A DNA stretch of 64,000 bases from NCBI RefSeq assembly GCF_021028975.2, contig NC_059440.1:14694001-14758000 (forward strand). Reading direction: 5' to 3'. The notes beneath the pieces were generated by a model. The model did not search any database, was not told where the DNA came from, and was given only the letters and a program-made list of their open reading frames with translations. Both the position numbers and the translations under genes were made by a program. Positions within the stretch are counted from its first letter, which is position 1. Each line of letters opens with the position of its first letter. Origin of the DNA: Sphaerodactylus townsendi (taxonomy: Eukaryota). Positions 24,701-36,629 of the stretch are shown in pieces.

Positions 24701-27415
24701 CAACATCACAATTCCTGGATTCTCTGAAGACACAGTGAACTTTTAACTTTGCAGGCCCTCCCCACAAATCAAGCATGCGGGCACTTACGTTTCTCCTGCA
24801 ACTTTCCGAACCAGCTTGGCTTCTGTGCCCTGCACATCCAACTCCCACCCGCCAGACATTTTGGGCAAGGATTTGTTTTTCTGGATTTTCTTCTCTTCCT
24901 TAATCTCATCTGTCAGAAACGCCGCAAAAGCTTTGTCACCTGCGGGGAGGGGGATGACAGAGAAACCCAGCTAAGTTATGCTATGAATACCCGATATACC
25001 TTTCTCGACTAGTCTGAAAGGGCCTTGATTTCTATGACTTCTATAGTGTAGTCATCTTATTTGGCACTTTATTATGTTTCAATCCTCACTTTTTTGGCCA
25101 AAACCTGATTTCCAAAATGCCCCACGGGAATCAAAGTCTAATGACAAGTGAAGTTAAATGCAAAAGATTCCTTACTATCCAAGATGACTTCTTATCTCTA
25201 CCTCGCTACAACTGACAATCCCAAGGGTGTATCGGCAGGCAGCCCCCACCATAGGACAGCATTTGGCTTTAAACTTCCCAATATCTTATGACTCCTCCTC
25301 CTGGCCGAAGGTAGCTTGCTCCCAGTTGAAAAATATCTGGAGTAGAATAATTTAGATTTGTACCCCACTTTTCTCTTCTGTAAGGAGACACAAGGTGGCT
25401 TACAAGTGCCTTTCCCTTCCTCTCCCCACAACAGACACCTTGTGAGGTAGGTGGGTCTAAGAGAGTTCTGAGAGAACTGTGACTAGCCCAAGGTCACCCA
25501 GCAGGAATGTGGAAACACACCTGTTTCACCAGATAAGCCTTCACCACTCATGTCACTCATATGGAGGAGTGGGGAATCAAACCCGGTTCTCCAGATTAGA
25601 ATTCACCTGCTCTTAACCACTGCATCACACTGGGGTGGAGCCTTAGGGGGGAGAAATTCAGGGAGGACTTTCAATGGAGTATAATGCGACACAGTCCACC
25701 TGCTAAAGCTGCCATTTTCTCCAGGTGACTGTCATTAGGAGACCAGTTGTAATAGCAGGAGATCTCCAGTCCCTCCTAGAGACTGGCAGCGCTCTTGGCC
25801 ACCATTTTGTGACTGGCCTCCAGCTCCCACAGTAGCCATTTTGTGGTGTCACAAATTCTTAAATTGTACCATAAAGTGCTTCAAGATGGAAACAAGGAGA
25901 AGCAGTTGATAAACAATCACAAAACTGTCTATCAACCCAGCAGCTTTGCACACACTGGGCAAAATACCAGAAAGTTGAAGCAGGCTGACCTCAGAACAAC
26001 ACTGGCAGCAAGGGGAGGTTACAATAGTGGTTAGAGTGGGTTTGTTATAGATAATGACATATAGTTAAGCTTTGATTCGTACATGTTTGATCTTGTTCGA
26101 TGTGTTTTCCTTATTGTATATTTCCCTCATAGAAGAAGAGAAGGACTTATGTTTAGCTTCCTACTTATACATTATTATCATTTCTTTTTATGTATTTTAT
26201 GCTTGAAACTAATAAAAAAATTTTTTAAACAACACCGGCTGCATAGTTATCTTATGTATTTGGAGAAACAGACTTCATTTAAAAAAAAGAATGCTAAAGT
26301 TGCAGAGTGCGTGCCTTGAGGACATATTACATGCAATCCTTTTTATGATCTGCATTTTAAGGAATACACCCCTCCAAGCTCCCTTCTCATATCTGAAAAG
26401 CAAGATATAAACACTTTAAGAAATTTCAATATTTCCTACTTCCTCTTCTCCCCTTCCCTTTTAAATGTATTTTCCCCAAACTATAAACTCCCAGCACTTG
26501 AACCCTCCTCAGAGAAAATGCCCCCTTTGCAGTCCCCCTATTATCCACCCTTTAGCCAGCTACACTAGGAAACTGGCAAACCATAGATTTTAAGACCTAC
26601 CTCACCCCAACATAGAAAGGTAATTGTGGGGTCACACTCTCTCCCAGCATCCTGCTCCCCAAAGTAGCCACCCAGATGCCCTTGAAAATCCTACAAGTCT
26701 AATGGCATCAGGAAACTGTGTTCACCAGCCCACTGCTTCTACATCCCGGGTTCCCCTTGGGACCCTGATTGAACTCTCCTTTTATCCCAAACCCAAATCC
26801 TCTTAGAAGCTCTCTCTTTCCCACTCAGGATCTAAGCACCAGCTCCAAGGCTTTAATAATTTTGGTCTCTTTTGTTGAGCCCAAGAAGCTCTTCTCATTC
26901 GTATTACACCCCTCCTAGTACAGTCTTCTCAGCATACTATTCTTACAACAGCCTTTCCAGGCAGGTCAAGCTAACAACAGCCTTTCAAGGTAGGTCGGGC
27001 TAACTGAGCCAGGATTCGAACACGGGTCTCCCCGCACTTAGCCTAAACGCCACCCACAGACCCTGCCAGCTCGCACCAAGTCGTCTTCTCGGAAGACAGC
27101 CCTACTAGAAGCCAATGGGCTTCCTCGCGAGCAGGACCTCCCCGGTTCCCCGAGGCGCGGCCCGGGCGCGCCGGCTGCGCGCTCACCCTCGGTGTGGAGC
27201 CCCCCGCAGGTGCAGGCCAGCGAGGGCGAGGTGTGGGGAGGGCGCAGGAGGCCGTCGCGGCTGGGCAGCCAGAGGGAGCGGGTGAAGGGCCGGGCGGCGG
27301 CGGCGGCAGGCGCAAGGGCGGCGGGCAGGCAAGGCGCGCCCAGGCGCAGCGGCGCGTGGAGAGGCCGGAGCGCCAAAGCGGCCGCAGCCGGGCGGAGGAC
27401 GCGGGCCAGCAGCAT
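21754..27415 (-). CDS. C1QBP: Complement C1q binding protein (p32, mitochondrial MAM33 family), 6 coding exons, 278 aa
   Basis: Exons 27415-27187, 24939-24789, 24432-24345, 23776-23681, 22438-22316, 21903-21754. All introns GT-AG, phases consistent, total 837 nt. Ala/Arg-rich presequence ending ...LHTEGDKAF, plus PELTSTPNFV, YTLNTDSLDW and ALYDHLMDFLADRGVDNTFADEL motifs. Confidence 0.97.
22552..22699. mobile_element. Palindromic hAT MITE in C1QBP intron 4
   Basis: TIR CAGGGGTCTGCAACC, near-perfect hairpin. Confidence 0.85.
22960..23255. repeat. 45-bp minisatellite (about 6 copies) in C1QBP intron 4
   Basis: Unit agtctagaactcttttccttgccaggttaaagctcatcaaaagcc starts at 22972, 23017, 23062, 23107 and 23152, followed by degenerate copies. 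Confidence 0.95.
23390..23612 (-). mobile_element. Older CR1 3'UTR fragment
   Basis: gtccatctagtccagcatcctg motif, diverged relative to the CR1 3'UTR above. Confidence 0.6.
25350..25633 (-). mobile_element. Squam3-type SINE
   Basis: Full length. A partial + copy also lies at about 24007-24133. Confidence 0.85.
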
Positions 27416-27700
27416 CTCGGCGGCGGTGCAGGGCGAGCGGAGCGGGGAGGACGCACGTGGGGGAGAGGCAGGACCCAGACCGGAAGGAAGGACACGCAAA
27501 CGCAGCGCCGGAAGCGAAGGGAAGGACAAGCAACCCGCCCCCCGCCTCCAAAGTCGCCTTTCTGGCGCCCCAAGCGACCAATACTGCGCTTCCTTGCTGA
27601 TTTGTTTGCCTGCAGTCTTATCCCGAAAGGCTCGAGGCGGGTGACAGCCGGAAGGCTCAGAAAAGCCAGCCAGTTCAATGCAACCTCTAAACAATCAATA
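27416..27700 (-). promoter_or_regulatory. C1QBP CpG-island 5'UTR/promoter
   Basis: GC/CpG-rich, with a CACGTG E-box (about 27454), several CCGGAAG ETS motifs, a GC box and CCAAT (about 27578). Confidence 0.6.
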
Positions 27701-28115
27701 TAATTTTTCTTTATTGTTTATTTCTTTATTGATATGTATTTTTTTTATTATCTTGCCCTCTATCCAAAGGGCTCAAGGCAGGTTGCAATACAAGACTTAT
27801 GGAAGTCGTGCAATTCAGTACAACCTAAAAGAAATCAAATAAACTTGTGCTTATCTCTTTATTGATATGTATTTTTACCCTGCCCTCTACCCGAAGGTTT
27901 CAAGGCAGGTTACAACGTAAGACTTCTAAAATCAATACAACCTAAAAACCATCAGTAAGACCTACGTTTGTTTATTTTTATTTATCTTCCCAAATGCAGA
28001 TGACAGCGGTTAGAAGCCAGCCAGCAGCATCCTATACACAAATTATTACTAATAATAATGGTGCTGCCACGGCTGTAAAAGATCATAGGTAGGAACCACG
28101 TGACGCGCACGCATT

Positions 28116-28272
28116 AGAGTTGCCAACTTCCAGGCGGGGTCTGGGGATCAGTTCCCCTGGACGGAATGGCGGCTTTGGAGGGTGGACTCTGGCATACTAC
28201 CCCACTGAAGTCTTGCCCCTTCCCAACCTCCTCCATCTCCAGGAATTTGCAAACTTGGAGTTGGCATCCCTA
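28116..28272. mobile_element. hAT-like MITE with TAGGGTTGCCA-type TIR
   Basis: tagagttgccaactt...gagttggcatcccta termini. Related copies at about 14266-14460 and 25640-25790. Confidence 0.55.
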
Positions 28273-29343
28273 ACGCAGCAAGCTGCAGCTAGCATGTGCG
28301 TAAAAGCAGCCGCTCTTTTGGGGTATTGCATGCAGGGAAACGTAGTCTTGTGACAGCAACAAAGCTTGGGAGCCTGTCGGGTTTCCTGCATTGGTTCTTT
28401 GCCTTTTCCTTCCGGGGCTTGTCTTGGCGGGAAGGTTTTTATTCTGGTCCTTTGTTGCGAGAGTGTCAAGCTGGTAGCGTGGGAAGGAAATCGAAGTATT
28501 TCCAAGGCTCTTATCATGCACCCAGGAAGGACTTTGCACCTTCCAGGCGTTTCTGGCTGGTAAGTCACGCAGATCTATTTTGGGATGCATGTTGGAGTTT
28601 GCATAAAGTTGTAACGTACGAACGGGCAGGTCTCTAATCCCTGCCTGGGGCCAGGAATAGTAAAAAAAAGTTGGTATGTTTCTCCACCCCCCTCCCTTCC
28701 ACTGGAGCAAATGTTTATTGAAATCTTGCAAGAGCAAACGTCATCCTTCCCTGAGCCAAGGAAAAGAGCAAAAACCCTTTTCCTCCCGGTGGGAGATGCA
28801 ACTAAATATTTAGTCTGCGTGCAACTCAGACTCATGTGTTGCGTCAATTGCTGCCTTCACCTTTTCCCTGCCTGTGTTTTCCTCCAGTCTTTGCAGCCTT
28901 TGAATGCGGCTGAAATATCCAGCATGTCGAAGGAGGAATCCTAAAAAGCCCAGATACTCGCAAGCAGCCAGAGGATCTAAAATGGGAAAGATCAGGAGCT
29001 AAATGCTTGGAGAAAGCATTTCTAGAACAATAGGCTTTGGAGGTAGGTAGAACTGGGGATTCTGTGTAAAAGGTTTTGCTTCTGTGTTAAAGGTTTTTCT
29101 TCTGGAAACGACTCAGAGTATGTCACCCAAATACAGAAAATTCAAATGTTACATTGTAAGGAAAGGGTGTGCGATTCCCCTCCTCCAGATTTTGCACAAA
29201 AAAAAAACCCACCCCATCAGCATGGGGAGTGCAATACATTTTTGATGTAGTGATGAAAATAAAGCAGAAACTCTCCCTTGCCTTCTGCTCTGTGAAACTT
29301 GCCGAGGTAATCACCTTGTCACTAGCAAAGTGCCCATAGTAAT

Positions 29344-29616
29344 GTATTGTCTCAGGCTTTCATGGCCGGATTCAACTGGTTGTTGTGGGTTTTCCGGGCT
29401 GTGTGGCCATGGTCTGGTAGATCTTGTTCCTAATGTTTTGCCTGCACCTGTGGCTGGCAACTTTTGAGGTATATCATAGAGGGAAGTCTATCACGGTGTG
29501 TAACAGACTTTCCTCTGTGCTACACCTCTGAAGATGCCAGCCACAGATGCAGGCAAAACGTTAGGATCAAGATCTACCAGACCACTGCCACACAGCCCAG
29601 AAAACCCACAACAACC
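29344..29616. mobile_element. Penelope-like element terminal fragment forming a palindrome, with 13-bp TSD
   Basis: Flanked by TGCCCATAGTAAT at 29331-29343 and 29617-29629. Arms ggttgttgtgggttttccgggctgtgtgg... and ...ccacacagcccagaaaacccacaacaacc. Confidence 0.8.
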
Positions 29617-29748
29617 TGCCCATAGTAATTTTCTAGAATGTCAGATTCATACCTAAGATGGTACAGAACGGGAGACCAGGTTCCCAGCTTATGTTTTCTT
29701 TTCACTTGAATTTTTGTGTAGATAGCTGTGAAACGTTGGCAAAGTAGG

Positions 29749-30012
29749 ATGGTGTCGTCAGCTTGTAACCGATGCATGAAGATGAAAGCAAACTTTTGAA
29801 GCCAGAGTGAAGATTTTGCATTCACTGGTAAGGGAGGTAAACCTTTGTTTCTTATCCGTAATTTGTCACCGAATCATTATGAAGCCAGTAAACTGAAATA
29901 CCACTATAAAACAAATCACAAAAACGTTTTGTTTGATTGTCTACCTAAATCAGAGTTGTGGGAAAATAAGCTGACGACGTTGAAATCATCCCTAAATAGC
30001 CAGCGGATACTG
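29749..30012 (+). pseudogene. hAT (Charlie/GTF2IRD2-like) transposase N-terminal remnant
   Basis: Degenerate translation FAFTGKGGKPLFLI..HYEASKLKYHYKTNHK...KSEL.ENKLTTLKSSLNSQ resembles the BED-type zinc finger region of Charlie-group hAT transposases. Confidence 0.65.
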
Positions 30013-30402
30013 ACTTTTCCCACGCAAAGCTTTAAAAACATTTGTAGAACGTTTTGAAAATGTTTTGAAAAGATGGTTTTCCTGGATTAGTCTGCAATGT
30101 GCCTTTTAAAATGTTCTGCAGATGTTTTAGCTCATCAAAATAAACGTTTCAGCTTGTCCGCATGGAAAATGTTCCCTCTTCTTCTTTTTTTTAATTGCAC
30201 GTGCGTGGATTCGATGCGACGAAGACTGGAATCTTTGAAGCCGAGCCGATTTTTCTGTGATCTGATCTGATTTTCCTTAGATTCTATTGGTCAGCACAGC
30301 AGAGGCGCCTTTTCACCTCAACTTCCTGTTTCCTTCCCAGGCGCCGTTTTAGCTGTGGATCTCTGCTTCGATTTGAGCCCGGACCTTGACGGCGCATTCG
30401 CA

Positions 30403-33400
30403 ATGGAGCTGGAAGATTTGGCCGTGTTGCTGTCGCTGCAGATATTGCTTCTCTTGCAGGAGAGGGTGCATCTGTGTCTCAGGTTCTACCGCAGGATGCA
30501 GGCCCGGCGAGCAGAACTTTTTCACCAAGCGATCCACCCTCAGAGGCCGGGTATTCGGGCAACCAGTAGGGCAAGGAGAGCCCTTCTTGCTAGCACCGAC
30601 CGCCGTTCATCTCAGAGGGCCAGGCATGGTTGGTTCGCCCTGGCGTGCACCCCCAACCCTCCTCGCTTCTGGGTGTACCCCAGGAGTCGTGACTGGTGGG
30701 AGAATTGTGTGATGGCTTTTTGGGGCGACGAGGAGTGGCTCCACAGCTTCAGAATGACCCGGCAGACCTTCATGGAACTTGTGGAAACTTTGCGGGGACG
30801 CCTGCACCGAGCGACCACCACCATGCGGCAGGCCATACCCGTGGAGAAGCGGGTGGGCGTGGCCCTGTGGTATTTGGCCAGCCCAAATACGTACCGGGAG
30901 GTTCGTGAACAGTTTGGGGTCGGACTGTCCACGGTGGCCGAAATGGTGGTGGAGGTTTGCCTGGCGATAGAGACGGAGCTCTTCAACAAAACGATCTGTC
31001 TCGGTCCTGATGTGGCAACGGTATGTGGGCTCTCACGTGTGTGGAGCTTTTTGTCTGTTCTGCTGTTTGTCTCTGTAGTGGCACAGAAGAGCAGCGGCGG
31101 CGGCGTAGTGGTTAAGAGCAGGTGCACTCTAATCTGAAGAACCGGGTTTGATTCCCCGCTCTGCCACTTGAGCTGTGGAGGCTGATCTGGTGAACCAAAT
31201 CAGCTTGTGCACTCCAACACACGCCAGCTGGGTGACCTTGGGCTGGTCACAGCTCTTCTGAGCTCTCTCAGCCCCACCTACCTCACAGGGTGTTTGTTAT
31301 GGGGGGGAGGAAGGGAAAGGAGATTGTCAGCCCCTTTGAGTCTCCTTACAGGAGAGAAAAGAGGGATATAGATCTAAGCCAGGGGTAGGGAACCTGCGGC
31401 TCTCCAGATGTTCAGGAACTACAATTCCCATCAGCCCCTACCATCAGCCCCAATTGGCCATGCTGACAGAGGCTGATGGGAATTGTAGTTCCTGAGCATC
31501 TGGAGAGCCGCAGGTTCCCTACCCCTGATCTAAGCTCTTCTTTCTTTTTCTTCTAGTAAATAATGCCTTCCCAATTTAATTTTATTTATGATTGCAGCAT
31601 TAGAACGGTGTTTCCTTTAATCTTTGTGCTCTAAGAATTATGCTGTATGTGACCATAATGTATTTCAGAACAGTGCACTTTAAGCTATTTGTAATGTGAT
31701 GCTAGTTGTCATAGCATGTCCATAAGAAGTGACTCCTCGCATTAGAGTTTATTTCCCATCGTATCATGTCTCAGTGTTTCTCCGTGTTCAAGACCCTTTT
31801 TGAAGTGATTCTCAGTTTCCTTGTGCTACGGAACAATGATATCTGTGACTTATCTTCTCCCTGGTCGGTTCCAATGTTTCCTGCAGATGTTGGACTTTGA
31901 TCTGTGACTGCAAGGACAGTGTGCTCAAATGTGATGCTCAAATTGCAACGATGGCATTTGCATTTGTTTATGTCACATCGATTCTTAAACATCTGCACTG
32001 ACTGCCAGTCGAGTTCTGGGCCCATCTTCAAAGTTTTGGTATTGACCTTCAAGGCCATATATGTGATTTTGGACCTGCATATCTTCGTGACTGCCTCTCT
32101 CCATGTTGCCCTTCAAGGCCCCTCCGCTCATCGGAGGGGAACCTTTTGTCAATCCCTGGCCCGAGAGACATCCAGCTGGCTTCGACACAAGCCAGGGATT
32201 TTTCGGCCTTGGCTCTGACCAGGTGGGACAAATTACCAGCCGAGGTTAGGGCCCTGCGGAAATTATCTCCGTTCCCCAGTGCTTGCAAAACCAGGTTGTT
32301 GCACCAGACCTTTCCCAACTAGCCAGTTCGTACCAACAGCTCCTCTCGGCCTCCGAAACCAGGGGGGGGAGTGGGGATGAGACAGTCTGATTTTTAAAAT
32401 GCCATCTATTTTATACATTATTTCGTAATATATTGTTTTAAGAAGAAGAAGAACAGTTGGATTTATATCCCCCTTTCTCTCCTACAGGAGACTCAAAGGG
32501 GCTTACAAACTCCTTTCCCTTCCCCACCTCACAACAAACACCCTGTGAGGTAGGTGGGGCTGAGAGAGCTCAGAAGAACTGTGACTAGCCCAAGGTCACC
32601 CAGCTGACGTATGTGGGAGTGCACAGGCTAACCTGAATTCCCCAGATAAGCCTCCACAGCTCAAGTGGCAGAGTGGGGAATCAAACCTAGTTCCTCCAGA
32701 TTAGACTGCACCTGCTCTTAACCACTATGCCATTGCTGCTCTCAATATGTTATAGGGTTTTTGCAATTTTAATGGTTGTTTGTAAATATTTTATAATGTC
32801 TAATTGTTGTCACCCGCCCTGAGCCTTTCCGGATAGGGTGGGATGAAAATGTGAAATAATAACAACAACTTTCCCCCTGAATCCACAGGTGATGGCCGGC
32901 TTCAGCCAGTTAGGTTTCCCACACTGTGTCGGAGCCCTGGATGGTTCTCGCCTGCCAATCAGGCATCCTGGGGGGAGGTCAGCTAACTATGCCAACCAAA
33001 AATGTTTCTCTTCCATCCTCCTGTTGGCCACCGTCGACCACACCGGACGCTTCATTGACGCAGAGATCAGTCACTCTGGAAAGAATCACGACGCACTCGT
33101 CTTTGTCAATTCCAACCTGTGCAAAGCAATGGATAAGGGGTTGTATGTTCCGGGCAACCCGACTCTAATCCTCGAAGGGGTCAGTGTGCCACCCCTAATT
33201 TTGACTGACGGGGCCTTCCCAATGCGGAGGTGGCTCATGAAGCCGTACGCACCACCGCACAACGCGCAGGAGATGCGGTTCAATTATCAGCTGAGTCGGG
33301 TCCGGAATGTGGTGGAGTGCGCTTTGAAGAGACTGAAGGCGAGGTGGCGTTGCCTCACCGCCAAACTGACCGTCTTCCCCCAAAACGTGACTTCACTAGT

Positions 33401-33629
33401 AGCAGCCTGTGTGGTGCTCCATAACATCTGTGAGGCAAAGGGCCATGAGGTGCCCCAGACTGCCACGGAGTCCGGACCGATGGTGTCACAGCTGACCAAC
33501 TCAGACACCGCAGTAGAGAGAATTGACAGTCCCGAAGGGTACGATCCTTGCGATGACTTGAATCTCAGTGAAGGGGAAGCCGTCCGGGATGTGCTTGCAC
33601 GATTCATTACAAGCGGGAGTGCGAGATGA
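30403..33629 (+). CDS. PIF/Harbinger-family DDE transposase (HARBI1/ALP1-like), two exons 30403-31020 and 32889-33629, 452 aa
   Basis: Exon 1 has FRMTRQTFMELV...IPVEKRVGVALWYLA...FGVGLSTV (HTH region). A phase-0 gtatgt...ccacag intron follows. Exon 2 has GFPHCVGALDG, GKNHDA, LILTDGAFP, RNVVEC..RLKARWRCL and ACVVLHNIC. No stops or frameshifts after splicing. Confidence 0.88.
31089..31550 (+). mobile_element. Squam3-type SINE (tail split by a MITE)
   Basis: Full length, inside the Harbinger intron. Confidence 0.9.
31380..31527. mobile_element. Palindromic hAT MITE inserted in a SINE tail within the Harbinger intron
   Basis: TIR CAGGGGTAGGGAACC with a perfect 8-bp TSD ATCTAAGC. Confidence 0.9.
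31995..32320 (+). mobile_element. L2-type LINE 3' fragment in the Harbinger intron
   Basis: FKVLVLTFKAI... motif typical of the L2 ORF2 C-terminus. Confidence 0.55.
32441..32742 (-). mobile_element. Squam3-type SINE
   Basis: Full length, inside the Harbinger intron. Confidence 0.9.
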
Positions 33630-34389
33630 CGGTGGGGGGGCTTGAACTAGTAATGTTCAACGTTGGTCTGAGATTTCACAGTTTACAGATTGGATGTGGC
33701 ACTGTTGGTTATTTCCAATGATCTGCAGCACACTTCTGCTGTTCAAAGGTGTGCTGTGGAGTTTTCCCTGTTTGTGTGTGTGCAGTCGTTACACGGTTAT
33801 ATTTTTTCAATCAGAAATTTTAAACGCTTTTTTTTTGCACAAAACTGTGTTTTCTGGTAACAGGATGCCACGCTTTCTAGTGTGCTCCGCCAAACATCAC
33901 TCTTCACGCATATGTGGGTGAGGGAAATTGCTGTGGAAAGTGTGGTTAAAAATATGGAGCTTCAACTCCACACAGACACGTTTCCTTTGAAGTCGATTCC
34001 GTGGACTTCAAAATTGTTCCCAGTAAAGTGCACAGAACTGGTGCCACCAGCTTCAGACGTGGGGCAGGAGCGTAGGTCCACTACGTGCCCCCTTTCTATG
34101 GGGGACGCAGAGGGCTGGCTGGCAGAGTGGAGCAATTAGGAACACAGATGAGTCTCAGCATAATTTCTCCATCTTCTGTAATCACCCTTAAGAACTCCTG
34201 CTTCACTGAAAATCCTTTTGCTGGGATCAGGGGCTGGAGGGGAGATGTTACTTGCCCAAAGCCTCAACTGTCAATGGCCACCATCTTAAAGTCCTCACTC
34301 ATCCTCAGAAAAGGTACCATTGGCATCTAGAGGTACTAGGTTGAGGACCATTTCTTGGGAGACAACTGCACCACCATGGGTGAGACAGA

Positions 34390-35194
34390 TGTGCATAGAA
34401 GGGGCAAATATGGGAAAGGTCAGCCAAGTCACTGTCACCCAAATTGGAGGAATACAATAAATTACATGGATTCTTGATAATTTCCTAGACAGGTTTAAGG
34501 ACGTAGAGAATCTGAAACCATGCTTTACCTTGTAAATCCATTTATGGTTGATGTAATCAACGGAGGTTGTCCAGTTCCCAAACCTGTTTTCAGACTCACC
34601 TGCTGTGGAAATGGAACCAATTCAGTTGCAGGGTTGCAATCTACAGTTGAGTTCTGGAAGCAAGTTCCAGAAATAAACTATCTGAAGAAAATTAGTGTCT
34701 TGACTCCACTCAGTTGCCAGGACAACAATCTGCTGTGAATCTCTTTTTTTGTAATGAAGTTCGAAGCACTGTGCAATCCTCACAATATGACAGCTAATTC
34801 GTACTGCCTTGACAACATATCAGCCGGATTTTAGACGACTCGCAGCAAAGATGGAGACTCACAATATTTCTACAAGCGGTAATAGCCAGTAATAGCCTCT
34901 CATTTACAAATCGTTCTCCATGTTTTGACCAGCTATTTAGTCTTAGCCAAAGAAGTACCATTAGCAAAATCTGTTTTTACCCTTTGTTTTTATTTTTGCT
35001 ACTGTCATGTAAGGTTAATAAAAATTCCATGCATGATTAATTACTATTACGTATGTGTATTTCTTCATATTTATATAACAAAGGGTGCACGTAATGATGA
35101 AGACAAGTGTAATATTTGTTCATGTCTTGTGGTTCTCAAACATCTGAAGTTTATTCTATGTGGCTCGTACCTTCAGAAAATTTGGCCACCCCTG
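34390..35194 (+). mobile_element. hAT (Charlie-like) transposase C-terminal remnant plus right end
   Basis: Frameshifted pieces DNFLDRFKD, LVNPF, VEFWKQVPE..Y, CESLF..MK and IRTALTTYQPDFRRLA. Ends in TTGGCCACCCCTG, a hAT-type TIR. Confidence 0.7.
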
Positions 35195-36629
35195 CTTGAA
35201 AAAGAGATAGAGAAAAGAAGAGTTTGGATTTGTATCCCACCTTTCTCTCCTGTGAGGAGACTCAGTGTGGCTTACAAGCTCCTTTCCCTTCCTCTCCCCA
35301 CAACAGACACCTTGTGAGGCAGGTGGGGCTGAGAGAGCTCCAAAGAACTGTGACTAAGGTCACCCAGCAGGAATGTAGGAGATGCAGAAATGCTTGGTTT
35401 CTGCATCTCACTTAGAACATGCTCCAATTGTTGAATTCTTTTTTTTTGTGGGCCACCTGGAGTGTATTTTTATAGAAAGGGTGGCATGCAGGTGGGCTAA
35501 ATCAAATAAATAAAGCTGCATGTTCCTGGGAAAACCAAGATGTGGGTAAAATGGGCTGCAGAATAACCCCTTCTGAGGTCTTAAGGTCTTTTCTTTCTGC
35601 CCATCAGGCCAAAATATGACCCTCGCTCAGTGCGTTAGGATCTAGAAGACCCAGGTTCAAATCCTCACTTTGTCACACAATCTCAGTCTAACCTAACAGG
35701 GTCGTGAGGGTACAACAGAAGAGACGGATAACTGGATAAGTCGCTTTGAGTCCCCATTTTTGGAGAAAGTACCTCAGCGGAGGAAATAAATGTGAAGAGA
35801 ACACTACGCTTCCAACTGTTTAATGACAAGAATCTTCCCGTACATCAAGGCAGAGGCTTTCAAAAAAGAAGGGATGAACGCCTCCCTTTGGAAAAGAAAG
35901 GTTTTTTAAAGTCACCGTTTTAACTCATGATACTTCCAGATGTGTAGCCGTGTTACTCTGTAGCAGCTAAACAATAAAATCAATGAAGAGCCCAGGGACA
36001 CCTTAAAACACAACCTTTCATTGCAGCATAATGGTTGGTCGCAGTAATTACCCACAAAAAAACTATGCTGGAATACAGTTGGCCGCTAAAGTGTCCCTGG
36101 ACTCCTTTTTAAAAATTCATGTTACTGTCACACAGAACGTCAACGTCGTTTTTGACCAACGTCGAGAAAAGGCTGTGCAAATATATGCAACCACCTGTCC
36201 TATTTGGGTTCTCGTCTCTCTGTTTCCTCTTTAATGGAAACAAAGTGAGATATTTAAACAGTGCAATCCGACAGAGTTACAGCTTTCTAGGTCAGTGGGC
36301 TTAGAAGAGCGTTAACTCTGTTTAGGACTGCACCACAAAGCACATCAACAGGGGATCTGTTGTTCAGATGTCACCAGGCACCCGGACAGCCGTTTCCACT
36401 GAGATGCGGTCCGCCTCCTCATGCCGTTTTTCCTACACCACTGTCCGCAACCCGCTGATGATGCCCATTCATAAAGTCCAAAGCTGCCATGGGAATCTGG
36501 AAATTCAGAAGGTCTGGCTGCTGACGAACCTTCTCTTGTAACCGGGTACCAGACTAGCACAGAACAGCCCCTGCCCGCTAGGGTTAACCGAACCCCGAAC
36601 CCTAGTTTCCATGCTCTGCACCCTCAACA

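Noticed and set aside
30355-31137. ORF-track boundaries for the Harbinger exon 1 and the symbol HARBI1
   Set aside because: The GTG start is unlikely (first ATG is 30403) and the tail past 31020 is intron/SINE. The long N-terminus and TE context do not establish orthology to HARBI1.
30011-33945. Harbinger TIR pair (gacttttcccacgc versus gctgtggaaagtg) and a Myb/SANT ORF2
   Set aside because: The match is too weak and there is no clear 3-bp TSD. No Myb/SANT-like ORF was seen on either strand.
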